Source: Thermodesulfobacteriota bacterium (GTDB taxonomy: Bacteria > Desulfobacterota_D > UBA1144 > Nemesobacterales > Mycalebacteriaceae). From it: 64,000 nt of DNA. Positions 57,377 through 64,000 of the stretch are shown one piece after another. The DNA is taken from contig CBDAQI010000013.1 in assembly GCA_965198945.1 (NCBI GenBank), positions 191,160 to 255,159 on the forward strand. Direction: 5' to 3'. The notes under the pieces were generated by a model. The model ran no database searches. It was given only the letters and a program-made list of their open reading frames with translations, and had not been told where the DNA came from. Every line of letters begins with the position of its first letter. Position 1 is the stretch's first letter. Both the position numbers and the translations under genes were made by a program.

Positions 57377-58348
57377 CTATTTGGTTTCAAGCCATTCGGG
57401 GTGTTTCCCGTTTTTTGCGCTTGTAATTTCAAAAAAAGTTTTTTGAAGCAGTTTTGTGATTTTACCGGGTTTGCCATTCCCTATTTTTCTTCCGTCCACT
57501 TCACGCACCGGAGTTATCTCGGCCGCCGTGCCGGTCAAAAACACCTCATCCGCAACATAAAGCTCATCTCTTGTGAAACGCTGTTCTTTTAATTTAAGCC
57601 TTTCGTCTTCTATAAGATTGATAACACAATCACGTGTTATCCCTTCCAGCAGGGAGGTCGGCGGAGGAGTCTTAATCAGACCGTTGCGAACAATAAAAAT
57701 GTTTTCGCCGCTTCCCTCAGACACATAGCCTTCGTGGTCAAGCAAAATGGCTTCATCAAATCCCTCGGCAAGCGCTTCCTGTTTGGCAAGAACCGAGTTG
57801 ACATAGTTGCCGCAAATTTTAGCCTTCGTCATAAATGAATTCACATGCATGCGCGTAAAAGAGGAGATTTTTGTTCTTATGCCGTTGTTTATGCCGTCAT
57901 CCCCGAGATACGCCCCCCAGCTCCATGCGGCGACCGCGGTAACAACGGGATTTTCCAACCCCTGAAGACCCATTGAACCGCAACCGATAAAAGAAATCGG
58001 GCGAATATAAGCCTCTTTGAGGCCATTTTTTTCAAGCAAATCAAAAATGGCGTCAGTGATTTGCTTTTTTGTGTGGGGAATCTTCATCCCGGCAATGTGA
58101 GCAGACATAAAAAATCTGTCTATGTGAGGACCGAGTCTAAAAACCAGAGCCTTTCCGTTTTTACTGCTTTTGTATGCCCTGATGCCCTCAAAAACTCCCA
58201 TTCCATAGTGCAAAGTATGGGTCAGAACATGAATATTGGCGTCATTCCACCTGACAAACGAGCCGTCCATCCATATAAGCCCGGGCGTATCAAAATTGAA
58301 TTTGGAACCTGCGGTTTTGTCCGCAGTTTTTAATAAAGAAGGAGACAT
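57377..58348 (-). CDS. ilvE: Branched-chain amino acid aminotransferase
   Basis: [40 protein letters not shown]. Confidence 0.96.
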   Translation of the reverse strand: MSPSLLKTADKTAGSKFNFDTPGLIWMDGSFVRWNDANIHVLTHTLHYGMGVFEGIRAYKSSKNGKALVFRLGPHIDRFFMSAHIAGMKIPHTKKQITDAIFDLLEKNGLKEAYIRPISFIGCGSMGLQGLENPVVTAVAAWSWGAYLGDDGINNGIRTKISSFTRMHVNSFMTKAKICGNYVNSVLAKQEALAEGFDEAILLDHEGYVSEGSGENIFIVRNGLIKTPPPTSLLEGITRDCVINLIEDERLKLKEQRFTRDELYVADEVFLTGTAAEITPVREVDGRKIGNGKPGKITKLLQKTFFEITSAKNGKHPEWLETK

Positions 58349-58357
58349 TGGAGGGTT

Positions 58358-58386
58358 ATTGTAACGAGAGGCATATCAAAGGGCAA
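58358..58386 (-). promoter_or_regulatory. Sigma70-type promoter of ilvE
   Basis: Minus strand TTGCCC-17 nt-TACAAT-9 nt-ATG. Confidence 0.65.
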
Positions 58387-58395
58387 CAGCAATAC

Positions 58396-58413
58396 ACCCG
58401 CCCCGCGGCGGGT
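58396..58413 (-). terminator. GC hairpin after the GT4 gene
   Basis: ACCCGCC-ccgc-GGCGGGT; weak U-tail. Confidence 0.35.
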
Positions 58414-58420
58414 TGGAAAT

Positions 58421-59674
58421 TCAGGCTTCCATAAGAACGGATTGAATCTCCCGCGCCGTCTTCTCCGCAGAGTAAAGACTTAAAGCCCTTTTTCTTCCCG
58501 CCTCTCCCATTAAACTCCTCATATCCGCGCTGTCAATCAGTTTGCGAACACTTTCAGTCATTCGTGAGACATCTCCCGGAGGACTCAAAATTCCCGTCAC
58601 ACCGTCTTCCACGGACTCCTCTATGCCCCCGACTTTGAAACCCGCAACCGGAATGGCAAAAGACATTGCCTCTATGACTGAACGAGGAAACGGATCCGGA
58701 TAGTTTGACGGCATAAAAAATATGTCAAAATCCGCCAGACATTCGGTAACATCTTTTCTGAAGCCCGTAAAAATAAAACTGTCCGCCACTCCCATTTCCC
58801 GGGCTCGTTCTTTAATTTCTGAAAGATGGTTTTTTGCAAAAAAACCCGGCGTGTCACCGACAATAACAAACTTGAGCTTTCCCCTGAACAACCACTCTTT
58901 CTCCAAAAGAGCCGAAGCAACCTCCAGCATATAAAGATAACTTTTACGGGGAACAACCCTGCCCGTGTTTCCTATCACAATTGATGATTCGGGAATTGAA
59001 AATTGCGTTCTCAAAACACCCTTGCTCCGATTTTCGGGATTGAAATCCTCAGGGTCAACCCCGTTGTATATGACGCACACCTTTGCATTGGTTCCGAACT
59101 GAACGGAGGTCGCTTTTGAAACGCATATAATTTTTTTGACCACCGATAAAGAAGCAAGACGCGTTATGACAAACCTCAAAAAACGGGTTTGCTGTATGTT
59201 TCTCACATGCCAGACAACGGGACATCCGTGAATTAAACCGATAAAAGCTCCGGTTATTTTTGCTATTGTGCCGTTGCAGTGAATTAAATCTATGCGGCGT
59301 TCACTTATTATGCGGCCGAAAGTGAAAACAAGAGAGGCTATGCGCGCTATGTTCACAGCGGCGGAAACAATTTTCAACAATGCCGTGATGACCGAAGCGG
59401 CAAATCCGGAACCGTCCGCCCATTTCAGCAAAAAATTCTCCTTCCAAGGACGGAAAAGACCGTCGGGAAAACGCGGGTCAACAATAACATCACGATAAAT
59501 ACCCTCTTCTTTGAGTCGTTCGGAAAAAATATCGTCTCTTGGAATAAGAATAAACGGACGTATAATTTTCCTGTCAATATGTTTCAGTATGTAGAACAGA
59601 CTTCTTCCGGGACCGCCGTCACGAACCGAATGATTTATAAACAGGACTCTTTTTTCAGCATTTTCCGGGGTCAT
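58421..59674 (-). CDS. Family 4 glycosyltransferase
   Basis: VIYNGVD, GRVVPRK, DPFPRSVIEAM, GGIEESVEDG. Confidence 0.92.
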   Translation of the reverse strand: MTPENAEKRVLFINHSVRDGGPGRSLFYILKHIDRKIIRPFILIPRDDIFSERLKEEGIYRDVIVDPRFPDGLFRPWKENFLLKWADGSGFAASVITALLKIVSAAVNIARIASLVFTFGRIISERRIDLIHCNGTIAKITGAFIGLIHGCPVVWHVRNIQQTRFLRFVITRLASLSVVKKIICVSKATSVQFGTNAKVCVIYNGVDPEDFNPENRSKGVLRTQFSIPESSIVIGNTGRVVPRKSYLYMLEVASALLEKEWLFRGKLKFVIVGDTPGFFAKNHLSEIKERAREMGVADSFIFTGFRKDVTECLADFDIFFMPSNYPDPFPRSVIEAMSFAIPVAGFKVGGIEESVEDGVTGILSPPGDVSRMTESVRKLIDSADMRSLMGEAGRKRALSLYSAEKTAREIQSVLMEA

Positions 59675-59725
59675 TTTAACTCTTGAAAATTGGAGGAAAA
59701 GGTTCTGAATTTAACACATTCACCC

Positions 59726-61079
59726 TCACTTCTCCTCCTTTTTGCGAAAAAACAGCCTTACTGGTGTTCCCTCAAAACCAAAATTATCTCTTATCCCGTG
59801 CTCAATATACTTAGCGTAATGGGCGGGCACCGCCGCGCTTGTGGCGTTTGTGAAAATAACAAACCCCGGCGGTTCCGTACGAACCTGAGTCATATAATAC
59901 GCCTTGAATTCGCGTCCCCTGAAAATTGAAGGCCCGCCGCTGACCGCTTTCTTGAGAAAATCATTCAGTTTTCTGGTGGGAACCCTTTTTTGATGAGACA
60001 GGCGGGCGCTGACAGCATCCTCAAACAGTTTTTTTATTCTTTGCCCCTTCAGAGCGGATATTTTTACTATCCGTGAAAAATAAAGCGCGCCGCCCAGACG
60101 CTCAATGGTTTTTTCTTCCGTATTTTTTATCCGCCGCACACTCTCAGGCGCCATATCCCATTTGTTAAGAGCTATTACGGCGGGTTTGCCCCTGTTCTCA
60201 ATAAGCCCCGCAAGACGTATATCCTGGCGCGACGGGCCTTCGGAAGCATCTATGACAAGAACCGCCACATCGCATGCGGCTATGCTTCTTATGGCTTTCA
60301 AGGTTGCGAGCCGCTCAACGGAGTCGTCTATTCTGGCCCTTTTTCGCACCCCGGCCGTGTCGGTAATCAAATAGTTTTCCCCCAGATATTCAAACGGAAT
60401 ATCAACGGCATCCCGTGTGGTTCCGGGAAAAGGGGCCGGTTATCATCCTGTCAGTTTTGATAATTGTGTTGACAAGCGTGGACTTGCCGACATTCGGCTT
60501 GCCGAGAACCGCAATCCGAAGCGGAGGCTCTCCGTCTTCATTTTTCCCCGAAACCGCCAAATCCCCAAGAGCCAGCGCAATATCGTCCAGAAGCTCATAC
60601 ACATTGCGCCCGTGAAGAGCGGAAATTCCCCTCATTTTGACTTCTCCCACGGAATGGAAATTATCAACAAATTTTTCATGCCGGCCGTGGTCTATTTTGT
60701 TTACAAAGCAGAAAATCTTTTTTCCGCTTTTTCTGAGCATCCGCATAATCTCATCATCCTGCGGAACCGGGTTTTCTCTGCCGTTGAGAAGCATCAATAC
60801 GAGGTCCGCTTCTTCAATCGCAATCTCCGCCTGCTCTTTCGCCCCCGGTCCTCCGCCGTATCCTCCAAGGGGCTCCAGCCCGGCCGTGTCAACGATGGAA
60901 AACCCGACACCGTTCCAACTCACATCCGAGTAGATCCTGTCTCTGGTAACTCCGGGCACGGTCTCCACAATTGCCTTGTCAGTTCCGGTAATACGATTGA
61001 ACAAAGTTGATTTGCCGACATTCGGTCTTCCAACTATCGCAACAAGGGGAACGGAATTATTTTTGTGTTCTGCCCGCAT
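59726..61079 (-). CDS. der: Ribosome biogenesis GTPase Der (EngA), with one +1 frameshift at about 60428-60435
   Basis: Two G-domains (GRPNVGKST, GKPNVGKST, DTAG, NKID/NKWD) plus KH-like tail; removing one base restores MITGPFPGTTRDAVD. Confidence 0.92.
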
Positions 61080-61159
61080 ATCGGATGAGCAATTATATAT
61101 TATTGTCATACGGGGAGGCGGAGAATATTTCACATAATTGCCTCATAAAAAACAAAGTT

Positions 61160-61597
61160 TTGAAAAAGAAAAACGCAAAGAGCCTTTCAGTCTCGGTTGT
61201 TAAAAAAAGTGAACTCGCGGACAAAGAACATCTTTCGCTTATTAAATCATGTGCGCGGAAAACCGCCGGGCTTCTTTCACTCAAGGGCGAACTGAGCATA
61301 GCCGTTGTTGACGACGAAGAAATGAGAGAACTCAACCGGAGATACAGAAACATATCCAGAACCACCGACGTTCTGGCATTTGAGCTTGATAAACCACTGA
61401 TGGGCGAGATTGTAATATCTTTTGAAACCGCCCGGAGACGAGCCGGACTCTATGGAATCACACTTGAGGAAGAAATAAAACGGCTTGTTGTTCACGGCAT
61501 GGCGCATATTGCCGGCCACACACATAAAAAAAAGAAAGACGGTGAGAAAATGCGCGCCGAAGAATTAAGGATTCTCAGTGCCGTCTCCGGTCTGTGA
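61160..61597 (+). CDS. ybeY: rRNA maturation RNase YbeY
   Basis: LNRRYR, TDVLAF, GEIVIS, HGMAHIAGHTH; start approximate (TTG 61160). Confidence 0.9.
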   Translation: MKKKNAKSLSVSVVKKSELADKEHLSLIKSCARKTAGLLSLKGELSIAVVDDEEMRELNRRYRNISRTTDVLAFELDKPLMGEIVISFETARRRAGLYGITLEEEIKRLVVHGMAHIAGHTHKKKKDGEKMRAEELRILSAVSGL

Positions 61598-62230
61598 GTC
61601 TCCAGTTTGTCCGGCCCCCGGAGGATTTGCGGGGGGTTCGGGCTCAGTTGTTTCTTGTGTCTGAAAACTCTTAAAAGAAACCGGCTCTGAAGCCAAATCT
61701 CTTTCTATTTCCTCAATCTCTTTCAAAGTGGGAAGGTCGGAAAGTTTTTCCAGACTGAAAGTCTGAAGAAACTCTTCCGTCGTTTTATAAAGAAATGGTC
61801 TGCCGGGAACTTTTTTGCGTCCGCATATTTGAAGCAGCCCTCTGTCCGTAAGAAGGTTCATAACGGCGGACGAATCCACACCCCTTATTTCTTCCACATC
61901 GGCCTTTGTCAGCGGCTGCTGATATGCGGATATCGCAAGCACTTCAAGAGCAGCCTTGCTCAGTCGCAATTTTTTGATTTTTTTATTAAAGCGCATCACT
62001 TCATCCGCATAATTTTTTCTTGTGCGAAACTGGTAGCCCCCGGCAACCTTCACAAGCTCAAATGCTCTGTCCATGGCGCCCCACTCGTCCGCGAGCTCAT
62101 TGCAAACGGCTCCCACATCCTCCGAAGCAAGTTCCGGCAGACTGTTTTTCAATGCCGCCGCGCTCACGGGTGATTCCGATGAGAAAATCACCGCTTCAAT
62201 CATTTTTTTCATCCGGTTCTTTCCCGTCAT
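61565..62230 (-). CDS. scpB: SMC-Scp complex subunit ScpB
   Basis: IEAVIFSS, VAGGYQFRT, LSKAALEVLAI.AYQQP, IRGV, PGRP. Confidence 0.95.
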   Translation of the reverse strand: MTGKNRMKKMIEAVIFSSESPVSAAALKNSLPELASEDVGAVCNELADEWGAMDRAFELVKVAGGYQFRTRKNYADEVMRFNKKIKKLRLSKAALEVLAISAYQQPLTKADVEEIRGVDSSAVMNLLTDRGLLQICGRKKVPGRPFLYKTTEEFLQTFSLEKLSDLPTLKEIEEIERDLASEPVSFKSFQTQETTEPEPPANPPGAGQTGDSQTGDGTENP

Positions 62231-63005
62231 TTTTCCCCTCCGAGTATAAAAGCTTTATGGTTGAAAACGGTTTTTTCTGAAACAGTTCAACAACTTCCTT
62301 TCTGGCAAGCTCAAGAACTGCGATAAAGGAAACGGCGACCCTGCTTCTTGAAGGTTTGGCATCATCGTCAAAAAGCATATTGAAATCTTCTATGACACCT
62401 TTTTCCCTGATTCTTGAATGTATTTCAATCATCCTTTCTTCCACGGAAACGGGATCTATGGTGAATGCAAGGTCTTTTTTGTCATCCTGGCTGATTCTGG
62501 CTCTCATCTCACAGAGCGAAACTATCAGAGGCCAGACACCCGATACGACTTCGGTTTCAACCTCCGGTTCACCAAATTCAGCCGAATACCCGAGCCCCTT
62601 CGCAAAAACATCTCTTCCGAGCAAACTCATATCGCCCATTCTGGCGGCCGCATCCCTGAACCTCTCATACACGATAAGACGCCGGGCGAGCTCCATGCGC
62701 GGGTCAACGGGGTCTTGTTCGTCGTCGTCATCGGTTTTCGGCAGAAGCATTCTGGACTTTATAAGCCCAAGTTCCGCGAGAAGTGGAAGATACCGGGCAA
62801 CATTGTCAAAACTGCGTCTTTCCATAATTTCCAAACTGCGGTTGTATTGCTCTGATATTTCCGCAATCGGTATGTCATATATGCTGATTTCACTTTTTTT
62901 GATAAGCGAAAGAAGTAGATCCAAAGGCCCCTCAAACCGTTCAATATCAACAGTATAAAAGTCTTTTTCAGAGGGTTCCGTGAGCGTTTTCTGTTCCACC
63001 ATCAC
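62196..63005 (-). CDS. scpA: Segregation and condensation protein ScpA
   Basis: FEGPLDLLLSLI, IKSRMLLP, FIAVLEL. Confidence 0.95.
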   Translation of the reverse strand: MMVEQKTLTEPSEKDFYTVDIERFEGPLDLLLSLIKKSEISIYDIPIAEISEQYNRSLEIMERRSFDNVARYLPLLAELGLIKSRMLLPKTDDDDEQDPVDPRMELARRLIVYERFRDAAARMGDMSLLGRDVFAKGLGYSAEFGEPEVETEVVSGVWPLIVSLCEMRARISQDDKKDLAFTIDPVSVEERMIEIHSRIREKGVIEDFNMLFDDDAKPSRSRVAVSFIAVLELARKEVVELFQKKPFSTIKLLYSEGKNDGKEPDEKND

Positions 63006-63011
63006 CAGTTC

Positions 63012-63655
63012 TCAAAACATCCACTGAGTTCCCGAAAAAAGAATTACGAGCTGTTTGACCGGAGCCCACAACACTTTCATAAACCCTTCTCTTGCAAATA
63101 TAAAAAGTCCGAAAAGCAAAAGCATTCCTATTTTCTCAAAACGCGCGTAAAAGTCTGCGATTCTCTGCGGAAGAATTCCGTAAAGGATTCTTGAACCGTC
63201 AAGAGGAGGAATGGGTATCAGATTGAAAACCGCGAGCGCGACGCTGTAAAAAAGTAGAAGAAACATCAGATTTGCAACAAACTGACCGGTTTGTGAAGCG
63301 AAAAAACTTTCCGCGCCGCTTCCGGAAACAACTCTTATCACGGCGCCTATAAAAAGAGCGGTCAACAAATTTGACAGCGGCCCGCCGCCGCTATGTATAT
63401 CATTTTCCTCTTGGGGTTTTTGAGGTTGTAAAGATTGACGGGAACTGGTTTCGCCCACCCGAATCCGGCTATAAACATCAGAAGGGTTCCAAAAATATCA
63501 AGATGGGCGATTGGATTCAGGGTCAGCCGGCCCATTTTTCTCGCAGTGTCATCTCCGAGTTTGTCGGCGGCAAGGGCGTGGCTGAATTCATGCACGGTCA
63601 ATACAAAAAGTATCACAATCACTGAGGCCGCAAGTTGAAAAGGGTCGGAAAACAC
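63012..63655 (-). CDS. Site-2 protease (M50) family protein with one -1 frameshift at about 63379-63383
   Basis: HEFSH, GWAKPVP in one frame; GPLSN, NLIPIPPLDG in another; adding one base gives AAAGPLSNL. Confidence 0.88.
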
Positions 63656-63657
63656 CG

Positions 63658-64000
63658 TTAAGCCCTCGGGTGAAACCTTTTATGAAGTTTTTTTAATTCA
63701 CCGTTTTCAACCGAAGTGTAGATTTGTGTGATTGAAATATCCGCATGGCCGAGCAGCATCTGTATCGTCCTGAGATCCGCTCCCCCTTCCAGCAGATGAG
63801 TGGCAAAGGAATGCCTCATCGTGTGCGGACTTATGTTTTGCGTTATTCCCGCAACAACCGCGTAAAACTTTATCATTTTCCAAAGGCTCTGTCTTGTGAG
63901 GCGCGTCCCTCTGCGCGAAACAAAAATGTATGGAGACTGCCTCCCCTTCAAAAGCGCATCCCGTGAGCCGTTTATATACAAGTCAAGTTTCTCAAGAGCT
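63658..64000 (-). CDS. xerD: Tyrosine recombinase XerD, C-terminal part (start outside window)
   Basis: [35 protein letters not shown]...FHPRA; xerD-S2P-scpA-scpB context. Confidence 0.92.
   Translation of the reverse strand, partial: ALEKLDLYINGSRDALLKGRQSPYIFVSRRGTRLTRQSLWKMIKFYAVVAGITQNISPHTMRHSFATHLLEGGADLRTIQMLLGHADISITQIYTSVENGELKKLHKRFHPRA

Noticed and set aside
63658..64000. Tyrosine recombinase as the island's integrase
   Set aside because: The sequence and xerD-S2P-scpA-scpB context indicate housekeeping XerD, 13 kb from the island.
1..64000. Scarcity of CTAG
   Set aside because: Common to many bacteria and not informative, unlike the TCGA deficit.

Overview
Gene-dense window from a streamlined Gram-negative bacterium. 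The gene order ftsH-folP-cdaA-cdaR-glmM-pdxJ-acpS, the futalosine menaquinone genes and the tRNA-Pro-Arg-His/ychF cluster suggest a deltaproteobacteria-like lineage such as Ca. Dadabacteria (inference only). Most of it is housekeeping, about 60 CDS and 3 tRNAs. Three accessory or specialised spots stand out. (1) A partial arsenosugar-type cluster (AhpD-like, ArsS radical SAM, TIGR04282 transferase) at 1.7-3.7 kb. (2) An AvaI/BsoBI-like type II R-M locus at 27.8-30.2 kb whose methylase is broken three times while the nuclease ORF is open. (3) A ~4.9 kb insertion between pdxJ and acpS (46.1-51.0 kb). It is built as an array of direct-repeat-delimited cassettes made of CGTC/dRS3-type palindromes and carries an orphan phage tail-fibre-like gene and a lipoprotein subtilase split by a TG slip, with no recombinase gene. 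This is the best candidate for an undescribed system. Window-wide signals are strong TCGA avoidance, many sigma70 -10 boxes only 7-12 nt before start codons (near-leaderless mRNAs), and single-base homopolymer frameshifts in core genes (der, site-2 protease) that warn of assembly indels. All family calls come from motif recognition by eye; no database searches were run.
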